Shown: one piece after another, positions 1-8,859 of the stretch | Layout: the number at the start of each line of letters is the position of its first letter | How positions within the stretch are numbered: the stretch's first letter is position 1 | Assembly: GCA_963836185.1 (NCBI GenBank) | Contig: CAWIIQ010000001.1 | Location: 1,600,001 to 1,664,000, forward strand | Reading direction: 5' to 3' | Source: Candidatus Krumholzibacteriia bacterium | GTDB lineage: Bacteria > Krumholzibacteriota > Krumholzibacteriia > Krumholzibacteriales > Krumholzibacteriaceae | Length of the DNA: 64,000 nt | Notes under the pieces: model-generated | Database searches by the model: none | What the model was told of the DNA's origin: nothing | The model's input: only the letters and a program-made list of their open reading frames with translations | Position numbers and translations under genes: made by a program

Positions 1-1
1 C

Positions 2-235
2 AAAGATGAAGGAATAGATGTGGTCATAGACCACTACAAGATCATGGAGCTCTTTCTGGGAATCTCTCCCGGCGCCATGGAAGAGTCCTGTACCAGGGTG
101 GCGCTTGGCTCGATGTATCCTACATGCGGGTGGTACGCCTTCAGGCGAGCTCTGCGCGCTACCGAAGGGCTTGCAGGGGATATCTCCGATCCCGATTCGT
201 CCGGGTTCTCACAAACCCTCCATGAGACCGAATAA
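2..235 (+). CDS. 3' end of an unidentified protein (runs in from window edge)
   Basis: Open frame from base 2 (KDEGIDVVIDHYK...) to TAA at 235; no recognisable motif. Confidence 0.4.
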   Translation, partial: KDEGIDVVIDHYKIMELFLGISPGAMEESCTRVALGSMYPTCGWYAFRRALRATEGLAGDISDPDSSGFSQTLHETE

Positions 236-250
236 TATCCCCGGCAACAG

Positions 251-568
251 CTAACGGATAAAGAACATCACCGCGACGGCTCCCATTCCGAGCAGCGCGA
301 GCACCGACACCGATATGATCCCCGCCATCATTATCGTACGGATGAGCATCAGTCTTTTGGCTTCCTTGTAGGCTTCCATCTTGTCCTCCCATGTAAGTGG
401 AACAGGCGCGTCGCCGGGCAGCTTCATACCTGCCGTCTCTTTCGCCATCTCAGCCAGTTCGGGGTCCGTGTCGAGGTATTCCCTTACCAGCTTCTTCGTG
501 TCATCGCTCGCCTCTTCCTCGATGTAGAGCGGAAGCAGGTCGATTATCACATTCCTCGTAACCTCCAT
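251..568 (-). CDS. Membrane-anchored anti-sigma factor, zf-HC2-like N-terminus lacking Cys/His ligands
   Basis: 'IIDLLPLYIEEEASDDTKKLVREYL' resembles zf-HC2 anti-sigma N-termini; C-terminal hydrophobic helix; directly downstream of an ECF sigma gene; GGAGG RBS. Confidence 0.75.
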   Translation of the reverse strand: MEVTRNVIIDLLPLYIEEEASDDTKKLVREYLDTDPELAEMAKETAGMKLPGDAPVPLTWEDKMEAYKEAKRLMLIRTIMMAGIISVSVLALLGMGAVAVMFFIR

Positions 569-569
569 A

Positions 570-1052
570 TCAGGAAACCTCCTTTTTCATCCTGTCAGCG
601 AGCAGCCTTTTTCGTACTCTGTGGACCTTTACCTTCGCAGATGCGAGAGAGAGCCCTAGAATCCGGGCAATATCGGTGTATGGCAGTTCATGTTTTACAC
701 GGAGCACGAACGCGGTGCGGTCGCACTCGTGCATAGTAAGCAGGATCTGTTCGATCCTGCTCAGCTCATGTCTCGATTCTGTCACCCTGTCTGGGCCGGG
801 AGAGGGATCGGAGTGAATGTCATCCAGGTCAGCCATGCGGCTCTCTTTCCGCAACTGCATAAGGTACAGGTTTCTCGCTATCGATATGAGGTAGGCTTTG
901 AGTGTCTCAGTCCTGATATCTTCCCTGCGCGTCCAGGCTCGTATGATGGTCTCGGATGTGAGATCTTCCGCCTTCGCCCTGTCCCGGGAGATCCAGAGAG
1001 CGAATCGGTAGACGTCCTGAGAGTATGAATCGTACAGTTCCTGAAAATCCAT
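570..1052 (-). CDS. ECF-type RNA polymerase sigma factor
   Basis: Region 2 (AEDLTSETIIRAW...LISIARN) and region 4 (YTDIARILGLSLASAKVKVHR); start set at MDFQELY, 1058 also possible. Confidence 0.9.
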   Translation of the reverse strand: MDFQELYDSYSQDVYRFALWISRDRAKAEDLTSETIIRAWTRREDIRTETLKAYLISIARNLYLMQLRKESRMADLDDIHSDPSPGPDRVTESRHELSRIEQILLTMHECDRTAFVLRVKHELPYTDIARILGLSLASAKVKVHRVRKRLLADRMKKEVS

Positions 1053-1070
1053 CGTCATCCCTTCTCTGAG

Positions 1071-1102
1071 AATACTATGCATGAGAGGGGCAAAAGTTAC
1101 AA
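1071..1102 (-). promoter_or_regulatory. Candidate ECF-sigma autoregulatory promoter
   Basis: Minus strand TGTAACTTTT...CATAGTA just upstream of the sigma start; AAC in the -35 box is typical of ECF promoters. Confidence 0.4.
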
Positions 1103-1211
1103 TCAGGCGTGCATGAGGATTGTAAGGTGGATGGAATAAATGGGAGTGACGGGGGCCTCTGGCCCTGCCCCCGTGCATTTCAGGGGCGGGAGGCGGGAAC
1201 GGACTTTTAAT

Positions 1212-1239
1212 TTGAATTTGCCCGAAGGCGTGCTATAAT
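1212..1239 (+). promoter_or_regulatory. Sigma70-type promoter
   Basis: TTGAAT-16bp-TATAAT with extended -10 TG (TGCTATAAT). Confidence 0.6.
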
Positions 1240-1378
1240 CCCGCTGACGATTCTCAAGCGGAATATCAGAAAAAAATGATCAAAAACGAAACCCATCCGG
1301 GCGTAAGGGTTGCACCTGTCATTGCGTACAGGTGTGCCTACTCCATTTCACCACTATTCACATGAAGGAGGCAGAGCC

Positions 1379-3790
1379 ATGCGTATGAAGAGTAAGATCC
1401 TGATAGCCATCGTCTCATTGATAATGTTTCTGGGGACTCCCTCTCTTAAGGCTTTATGGATCGAGGATGGTATCGTAGTATGTACTGCAAGCGGTGTCCA
1501 GTATTTTCCCCGGATCATATCGGATGACCATGATGGTGCGATTATCGTATGGGAGGACGCCCGTGATATGTACCAGATGGTCTATGCACAGAAGGTGGAT
1601 TCCCATGGAAACGTTCAGTGGGTATCCGATGGTTTGTCCCTCACCACCGGGATAGAGGGGGACCACCAGTCCCCTGCGATGGCATCGGATGGTGCCGGCG
1701 GCGTGATCGTCACCTGGCACGATACTCGGAATTCATCTGAAGACATCTTTGTACAGAGAATCGATGCGGCAGGCAACGTTATGTGGGGACCTGGTGGGAC
1801 AGCAATCTGTACTGCCGCCGGAATGCAGTACAGTCCCGCTATCACGGCAGATGGCTCAGGTGGTGCGATTATTGTATGGGAGGACCTTCGGACCGGCGGT
1901 ATCAGAGACATCTACGCGCAGAAGATCGACGCGATGGGTGCCGTTCAGTGGACAGTTGACGGTGTGGCAATATGTACCGCTGCATTTAACCAGTATGATC
2001 CGAAAACCGTTTCAGACGGATCGGGCGGTGCGATCATCACGTGGCAGGATAACCGTAATTCTGAACATGACATCTATGCCCAGAAAATAACCGCGAGTGG
2101 CAATATCTCCTGGACGGCTGACGGCGTGCCGGTTTGCATTGTCTCTGGTGGACAGGATTACCCTGATCTTATTTCAGATGGTGGGGGTGGAGCGGTCATT
2201 GCCTGGTGGGATGAACGTGGGGGGCAGCATGATATCTACGCGCAACGTATACTCCATACTGGATCTGCCAGGTGGACCACTGGTGGTGTTCCCGTATGCG
2301 AGGCTGCCGGGAGCCAGGCGCTCCCCAGATTAGTCCCGGATGGCTCAGGCGGTGCAATCATCTCCTGGCATGATTTACGCGGTGCAACCGTTGATATCTA
2401 TGCCCAGAGGATTGACACATGGGGCAATGTCCTGTGGACGGTTGACGGCGTAGCCGTCTGCACGGCAGTTGGAACACAGGCCTATCCGGAAATCGCGCGG
2501 AACGGTACCGGGGGTGCGATCATCACATGGCAGGACGAACGTAGTTCGAACAGGAACATCTATGCACAATGTATAGATGCCGATGGAGACGTCCAGTGGG
2601 CGACTGACGGGGTGGCGCTCTGCATGGCCGGCTTGAACCAGTCCTATCCGATGATCGCTTATGACGGTTCGGGTGGTGCGATCGTCACATGGGAGGACAA
2701 TGGAAATGTCAACATCTATGCGCAGAGGATCGAGCGCAATGGCTACTGGGGCTACCCGGGTCCATATATACTGGCCGCACGGGATATCCCCGGCGATCAG
2801 GGAGGATTCGTAAACCTCTCCTGGGAGGCGAGCCGCCTTGATCCATGGCCTGAACAGGGCATCTCCAGCTATACCGTCTGGCGAGCTATCGGGGCGACAG
2901 GGATGGCTCCCATGATAGATGATGATACAGTCATCCTGACAGACATGTCTGATCTCAGCCATGGGATGGATGGGACTGTATTGCGTATGGAACAGACACC
3001 GACCGGCAATTTCTACTGGAAACTCATCTCGACGATCGATGTCTATTACCTTGAGTCATATTCGGAGATCGTCCCTACGCTTTTCGATTCGACCGCAACC
3101 AGCGATGAGCACCACTATTTCCAGGTGATCGCACATACAAGCGACCCTCTGGTATTCTGGATATCACCGCCGGACAGTGGATACTCGGTCGACAATCTCG
3201 CGCCGGCGGCTCCGCTGAGCTTCGCCGGAGAGCAGCTGTTTGTGCCTGAGGGACTGCAGCTGACCTGGGACCCAAACAACGAAACGGATCTCGCAGGCTA
3301 CAACATCTACCGTGGGACGAGTGAATCGTTTGAGCCCGGACCGGGCAGCTTTTTGACCTCGACGCCCGACACCTTCTCTCTCGACGATGGGTGGGACTGG
3401 TCAACGGGTTACTGGTACAAGGTCGCTGCCGTAGATGTCCACGGCAATGAGGGCGATTTCGCGGCGCTGGGTCCGGACATGCTCACTGGCGATGATCCAA
3501 AGCCGCTGCCCGACGCGTCATTCCTCGCGCAGAACTTTCCCAATCCCTTCAATCCACAGACTATGATCCGCTTCGGATTGAAGGAGGCATCACATGTGTC
3601 GCTGAGGATCTACGATCCGGCAGGGCGACTTGTCCGGGTGCTTGTTGACGGGCAGAGAGATACAGGGCAGTACGAGGAGCGATGGGGCGGGCTTGATGAT
3701 GCAGGGAGGAGTGTAGCAAGTGGCATCTTTTTCTACCGCCTTGTCGCCGGCAATTTCGTGCAGACCAGGAAGATGGTTTTTCTACGATAA
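1379..3790 (+). CDS. Secreted beta-propeller repeat protein with Fn3-like and C-terminal FlgD-Ig/T9SS type A-like sorting domain
   Basis: AAGGAGG RBS; signal peptide; 8 repeats of ~54 aa (SDGxGGAIIxWxDxR...DIYAQRID.xG..W..G..C); C-terminal 'LAQNFPNPFNP...SGIFFYRL...TRKMVFLR'. Confidence 0.85.
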   Translation: MRMKSKILIAIVSLIMFLGTPSLKALWIEDGIVVCTASGVQYFPRIISDDHDGAIIVWEDARDMYQMVYAQKVDSHGNVQWVSDGLSLTTGIEGDHQSPAMASDGAGGVIVTWHDTRNSSEDIFVQRIDAAGNVMWGPGGTAICTAAGMQYSPAITADGSGGAIIVWEDLRTGGIRDIYAQKIDAMGAVQWTVDGVAICTAAFNQYDPKTVSDGSGGAIITWQDNRNSEHDIYAQKITASGNISWTADGVPVCIVSGGQDYPDLISDGGGGAVIAWWDERGGQHDIYAQRILHTGSARWTTGGVPVCEAAGSQALPRLVPDGSGGAIISWHDLRGATVDIYAQRIDTWGNVLWTVDGVAVCTAVGTQAYPEIARNGTGGAIITWQDERSSNRNIYAQCIDADGDVQWATDGVALCMAGLNQSYPMIAYDGSGGAIVTWEDNGNVNIYAQRIERNGYWGYPGPYILAARDIPGDQGGFVNLSWEASRLDPWPEQGISSYTVWRAIGATGMAPMIDDDTVILTDMSDLSHGMDGTVLRMEQTPTGNFYWKLISTIDVYYLESYSEIVPTLFDSTATSDEHHYFQVIAHTSDPLVFWISPPDSGYSVDNLAPAAPLSFAGEQLFVPEGLQLTWDPNNETDLAGYNIYRGTSESFEPGPGSFLTSTPDTFSLDDGWDWSTGYWYKVAAVDVHGNEGDFAALGPDMLTGDDPKPLPDASFLAQNFPNPFNPQTMIRFGLKEASHVSLRIYDPAGRLVRVLVDGQRDTGQYEERWGGLDDAGRSVASGIFFYRLVAGNFVQTRKMVFLR

Positions 3791-3876
3791 CGAGTATCGT
3801 CAAGACAAACACGCCCTGGCGACGCAATTCAACCCAATCGAGCGTCGGGGGGACACCATTTGATTGGCTGATCGGG

Positions 3877-3902
3877 TGGACTTCCCCCGGTTCACTAGAC
3901 AC
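3877..3902 (+). mobile_element. Possible orphan IS3-family terminal inverted repeat
   Basis: TGGACTTCCCCCGGTTCACTAGACAC resembles IS3-family ends (TG...CCCCGG...GGACA pattern); no partner repeat or transposase seen. Confidence 0.3.
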
Positions 3903-3985
3903 TCTATTACGATGCCTAGGAGAATACGTCCAAGGGTTACAAGAAGGAGACGCAAGGCTGATCCGCCTAACTCATTGGAAGTAAA

Positions 3986-4040
3986 TGGTGCCGGAGCCGG
4001 GAATCGAACCCGGATGAGGTTGCCCCCAGGGGATTTTGAG
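3986..4040 (-). repeat. tRNA-Leu 3'-half fragment, att copy 1 (52/55 identical to the gene)
   Basis: Matches 8860-8914 from CCA to the anticodon loop; 3 substitutions, all in the variable-arm region. Confidence 0.95.
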
Positions 4041-4220
4041 ACGGGAAACCGAGTATTTGGAAATCGTTGATTTTCAACTACATATATCCGACAACAGAAT
4101 CTGAGAACGATTTGAATATGTTCGTTTTTGTACGAATATGTTTGATGTTATCAGGCACAATTTAGGCACAATTCTCATGCTACAATCATTTTGACACCCG
4201 CACCTGCCTTGGCTAGAATC
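4041..4220 (+). repeat. Conserved att-arm/promoter module, copy 1
   Basis: Colinear with 6701-6878 (about 129/180 by manual alignment, one 2-nt gap); contains AGGCACAATTT-AGGCACAATT at 4153-4173. Confidence 0.9.
4191..4219 (+). promoter_or_regulatory. Sigma70 promoter within arm module 1
   Basis: TTGACA(4191-4196)-17bp-TAGAAT(4214-4219); ATG at 4229 with no SD, so likely near-leaderless. Confidence 0.8.
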
Positions 4221-4228
4221 ATCTCACC

Positions 4229-6614
4229 ATGCTAGGGGAAACAATATCTCATTATAGAATCTTAGATAAGCTCGGACAGGGCGGGATGGGTATGGTCTAT
4301 CGTGCAGTTGACACGAAGCTGGACCGCAAGGTGGCAATAAAGTTCCTGCCCGTTCATCTAAGCTCTGATCCCGATGCGACAAAGAGGTTCATACACGAGG
4401 CTAAGGCCGCCTCGGCGATCGATCACTCAAACATCGGGACGATCTATGAAATAGATGAGACCGAGGATGGAGTCACTTTCATCGTAATGGCTCTCTACGA
4501 CGGAGAGACACTTCGCGAGAGGATTGACAGAGGAGAGCTCAGTGTAGAGGAATCGATCGATATAGCATCCCAGATCGCCTCTGGCCTTTCAAAAGCACAC
4601 CAGAAGGACATCGTCCACAGGGACATAAAGCCATCTAACATAATCATCACGAGCGATGGGGAAGTGAAGATAATCGACTTCGGACTGGCCAAGCTTGCCG
4701 GCCGGACGAGACTGACCAAGGAGGCGAGTACGCTCGGAACAGCCGCCTACATGTCGCCCGAGCAGGCAAGGGGGGAAGAAGTAGATCACCGATCTGATAT
4801 TTTCTCTCTCGGAGTAATGTTCTACGAGATGCTTTCCGGTGAGCCTCCTTTCAAGGGTGAACACGAGGCGGCGCTTCTCTATTGTATAGTCCATGAGGAA
4901 ATAAAGCCGATCTGTGAGATTCGACACCAGCTGCCAGACACTCTGGCAGAGATAGTGTGTAGGTGTCTCGCGAAGGAGCCATCGGACCGCTTCGGGCATA
5001 CATCAGAGCTTGCCGCGCGCCTGAAGGAATTTTCCATGCAATCTTCCGGCGGCTCGTACAGGAAGCCGAGCGGGAATAGCATGATCAGGAAACTTCTGGT
5101 AATTCTCATCATCGCTGCATGCCTGATCGCTATCAGTGTGTTTGTCGTAAAAAGGTTGACAAGAGATCATATCGAAATAGAACAAAAACTGACCGCTGTG
5201 GACAACGAACTGGCCCGGCGCTGGAGCCATTCAATAGCAGTGCTCCCCTTCAGGGATTTTAGTTCCGGACAAGACCAGGCACATGTCTGCCTGGGTATAA
5301 CTGATGCTGTAAACGGTATCCTGTCGGAAATTCACGAGCTCAAGGTCATTTCGACCACATCTGTGATGAAGTTCAAGGAAACAGAGACTGATATAAAGGA
5401 TATAGGGGCCGATCTAGGAGTTGGAAATATTCTGGAAGGAACTGTTCAAAAGGAAGGAAACAGGATACGAGTCAGGGCGCAGCTCATAGAGACGGAGACC
5501 GGTTTTCACCTGTGGGCTGACACGTACGATGAGCGTTACGAAAACGTGTTTGAGGTGCAGGACAAGATTTCGCATGCGATAGCGCAGGCATTGAAACTCG
5601 AGCTGGTCCAGGGCTCGAAAAGATCCGCTGAGACCCTGCGAAGCAACATCGAAGCGTACGAGTACTACACGAGGGGGATATATCTCGTTAAGAGCAAATA
5701 CGTGATCACATTCGAAGAAGCTGACTTCCAGGCCGGGATCGATGCTGCATCGGACTATAGAGATCGATCCAAATTACGCAATGGCGTATTTTGGATTAGT
5801 CTGGGCCTTTGAGCACCATTTCCAGGTGACTGACAGCAAGAGCGACGCCGATAGTGTGAAATATTATGCCGAGAGAGCATATGCTCTGGATCCTGAGTCG
5901 GCGACAATGAACGCGATGAAGGGATATGTTCTCTACGTACACGAAAATGAACGCGATAAAGCCTTTAAGTATTTGCAGAAGGCTCTCGAGATCAATCCCA
6001 ATATCGGCGATGTGAACTTCCTGGCAGGTACATGTCTTCTCTACCACGGGCTGTACGAGCAAGCCTTGAGATTTCTACAGAGGTCTTCATCACTGGACCC
6101 TTATTACTTCTGGACACCATACAAGATCGCTATCTGCTACATGAACATGGACGATTTCGAAAATGCCGCACATTACTTCGAGGAATATTTTGAGCTGGCA
6201 CCAGTGGCACTCATGTTTCCGGGCAGATATATTTCTCTCATGGTACAGATGAACAATCTCGAAAGGGTCGAGGAACTCATCAGCGAAATGCAAAAAACAC
6301 ATCCGAACTATGGCGGGTTACCTTACTGCAAGGCCCTGCTCTTCGCTGCACGTGGAGAGAAGAAAGAAGCGCTGGCCCTTTATAGAAATTCCGCGATACT
6401 GGCGATGCTCGATATGAAGGATGAAGCAATAGCGGCTCTGAATAGAGAGATCCGTGGAACGAGAAGAAATCCCTTCATATTCTACAGGGATCTGCTCACT
6501 AATCCTTTTTACAACAACCTAAGGGATGATGATCACTTCAAAGAGATGCTGGCAGGAGAACAGGACTTGTACGACGAGACTGTTGCAAAGTACAGCTACT
6601 TCAATGACCTGTGA
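4229..6614 (+). CDS. Hanks-type Ser/Thr protein kinase-TM-TolB_N-like-TPR protein, split by a frameshift near 5740
   Basis: LGQGGMG, VAIK, HRDIKPSN, DFG, YMSPE; TM helix; 'SIAVLPF...ILEGTVQ...WADTYD'; TPRs continue in ORF 5742-6614. Confidence 0.9.
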
Positions 6615-6645
6615 CAATACTTCGATGGAATATGTCGGGTAATAA

Positions 6646-6700
6646 TGGTGCCGGAGCCGGGAATCGAACCCGGATGGAGTTGCCCCCGGGGGATTTTGAG
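6646..6700 (-). repeat. tRNA-Leu 3'-half fragment, att copy 2 (55/55 identical)
   Basis: Exact match to 8860-8914, ending at anticodon loop CTCAAAA. Confidence 0.95.
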
Positions 6701-6878
6701 ACGGTACATAGAGTATTCGTAATTTATTGATTTTCAACTATATATCCGGCAACAGATTCTGAAGGCGTTTTGGATATATTCGTCTTTGTTTGGATATATT
6801 TGATATTCGTAGGCACAATTTAGGCACAATTCACATCTTCACGTTGATTTGACACCCAGGCACTGCACATGTAGTATC
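6701..6878 (+). repeat. Conserved att-arm/promoter module, copy 2
   Basis: Perfect IHF consensus TAATTTATTGATT (6720-6732); TTTGGATATATT twice (6769, 6789); AGGCACAATT twice (6811-6831). Confidence 0.9.
6849..6877 (+). promoter_or_regulatory. Sigma70 promoter within arm module 2
   Basis: TTGACA(6849-6854)-17bp-TAGTAT(6872-6877), same register as in module 1. Confidence 0.8.
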
Positions 6879-6937
6879 AGTACATCTTCCTAGGAAAAAC
6901 TACAAAAGCTGAATACCAGGGGCACAGGGGGAACACA

Positions 6938-7813
6938 ATGGGCAAGAGAATATTGCTATTGATCGCATCGGTCTTCATCGCAGGTGCTTCAGCGCACCAG
7001 GTCGTGAAAGCGGGATCGGAGCCACCAGCAAAAGGTGCTGCTGATATAGCCTCGCCCGGGCACTCCCAGGATATCAACAAGATCGTGGCCTTTGGAGACA
7101 GTTTTACAGATAACGGTCATGTTGATGGCCACGGCTTTAACAGAGATACAAATGGGAAAGTCTGGGTCGAATATTTATCGGATATGCTGAATTGTGATAA
7201 TTTGGACAACAGGGCTTGGGGTGGTGCTAGAACTGATTCAGGTCATTTTGCTGGACTGGATTGGTCGGGTTTCAATTGGCAGGTTGAAAACTATTCGATG
7301 ACATCTGAACCAGCAAAAACTCTTTATACAATCAGGATCGGAATAAACGACTACTGGGATGCAAAAGATGATCCCGCTCGCTCGGTATCAAATATTTAGA
7401 AAGGAATTCAAAGGCTAATTGAAAAAGGAGCAAAGAGGCTTGTCGTTTTTAACAACTTTGATCTGACATCAGCGCCAGGATATGGTCCGGAAACTGAGTA
7501 TCATGATCTAATACCGCAAGTTCGGGTATTGATATCTGAGTTCAACGATGAAATATCTGAAATGTTATTGAATGAAGAAACCGGATTAATTGTGAAATCC
7601 CCTGATGTAGAGATCACATTCATCGATATTTTTACTTTTATGAATGAATTGATCAAGAGTGAAAAATATTCGAATACTGATACCCCCTGGAAGGACTCGT
7701 ACAAATTTCCTCACCCTGATGAATTCTTATGGTATGACGAATGGCATCCAATGACCAGCTGCCACTTGGAAATTGCAAAATTTGTCCACAAGAAACTGGA
7801 ATTGAGAAAATAA
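6938..7813 (+). pseudogene. Secreted SGNH/GDSL hydrolase interrupted by an in-frame TAG (7397-7399)
   Basis: Block I 'VAFGDSFTD', block III 'GIND', block V 'WYDEWHP'; ORFs 6938-7399 and 7529-7813 share a frame and read through as NI*KGIQRLIEKGAKR. Confidence 0.8.
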
Positions 7814-7867
7814 GGCGTTTACAATACAAAGGGTTCAACGTTTTGTTAACAGAAGGAGGAGTTAAAA

Positions 7868-8824
7868 ATGAAGAATACCTTTAATCGCAGAACGTTCTTA
7901 AAATTGGGTGCTCTCTCTTCCGCTTCTTTTATCGCATCCAGAAATTTATTTGGAATGAATCATCCTTTTACGTTGATATCTGAAAATGAAGGAGAATCAT
8001 GCCGTTTTAAGATTGGTGATCTTGAATGCTATTGTATAAACGACGGTGGCTTTGATTATGGTTATGACCACTTTTTTAAAAATGTCCCTGAAGAACAAGT
8101 TGAAAAAGTCTTAAGTGAACATAACTTACCTACTGGACCTATTTATACACCCTATACACATCTTATTGTTAAAAATGGAGAACAACTGATTCTTGTTGAT
8201 ATGGGAGCCGGGAATGTGTTGCCAAATAATGGCAAACTACCCATTACCATGAAATCTATCGGAATTGAACCATCTGAGATAGATACCATCATCATTACAC
8301 ACGCACATCCTGATCATATTGGTGGTACGCTTGATGATAAGGGAGAGCCTGTTTATGCCAATGCTCGTTACTATATGTGGAAAGGCGAGTGGGATTTCTG
8401 GTTTTCTGATAAGGCCTTTGACAAAACCTATGAATTCTTTGTGAATACAGCACGTGAACAACTCAGTCCCATCAAAGACAGGATGAATTTTCTAGAAGAA
8501 GAATCCGAGATCTTTCCCGGAGTTAACATAATCGAAGCTTCCGGACATACTCCCGGTCATATAGTCGTGTCATTTTCCTCAAAAGATGAACACCTATATT
8601 ACATCGGGGACACAGTATTATATCCTTTGCATCTGGAATATCCTGATTGGTTACCCATATATGACATTTTGCCCGATAAGGCCGAGGCCAGTAAAAGGAA
8701 GATTTTCGATCTTGTTGCGAGGGAGAACGCCTGGGTAATAGGGCAGCATTTTGTTCCGTTTCCAAGTCTCGGGCACGTAGTAAAAAAGGGAGATGGATGG
8801 CTGTTTCAGCCGATAAAGAAATAA
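7868..8824 (+). CDS. Tat-exported MBL-fold metallohydrolase (AHL-lactonase/methyl-parathion-hydrolase-like)
   Basis: Tat motif NRRTFLK; THAHPDH, GHTPGH, GD, QH; AGGAGG RBS. Confidence 0.9.
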   Translation: MKNTFNRRTFLKLGALSSASFIASRNLFGMNHPFTLISENEGESCRFKIGDLECYCINDGGFDYGYDHFFKNVPEEQVEKVLSEHNLPTGPIYTPYTHLIVKNGEQLILVDMGAGNVLPNNGKLPITMKSIGIEPSEIDTIIITHAHPDHIGGTLDDKGEPVYANARYYMWKGEWDFWFSDKAFDKTYEFFVNTAREQLSPIKDRMNFLEEESEIFPGVNIIEASGHTPGHIVVSFSSKDEHLYYIGDTVLYPLHLEYPDWLPIYDILPDKAEASKRKIFDLVARENAWVIGQHFVPFPSLGHVVKKGDGWLFQPIKK

Positions 8825-8859
8825 CGGCAGGAGGATCTGCCTGACCCGTTGATACCAAA

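Larger units (their letters stand above)
4041..6700. mobile_element. Integrase-less tRNA-Leu-integrated cassette A (2660 bp; kinase-TPR cargo)
   Basis: Bounded by direct repeats of the tRNA 3' half; starts with the conserved arm module; no recombinase ORF. Confidence 0.75.

Noticed and set aside
1180-1378. A third arm/promoter module upstream of the propeller gene
   Set aside because: No tRNA fragment or AGGCACAATT repeat is present; the gene has an unrelated promoter.
3986-6700. tRNA fragments as functional or split tRNA genes, or the repeats as a CRISPR array
   Set aside because: The fragments lack the 5' half (acceptor 5' strand, D-arm). The spacing is kilobases and no cas genes are present.
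7397-7399. Pyrrolysine or recoded readthrough of the GDSL TAG
   Set aside because: TAG is used as a normal stop elsewhere (purH, hslU, hisC) and no pyl genes are seen. A nonsense mutation or base error is simpler.
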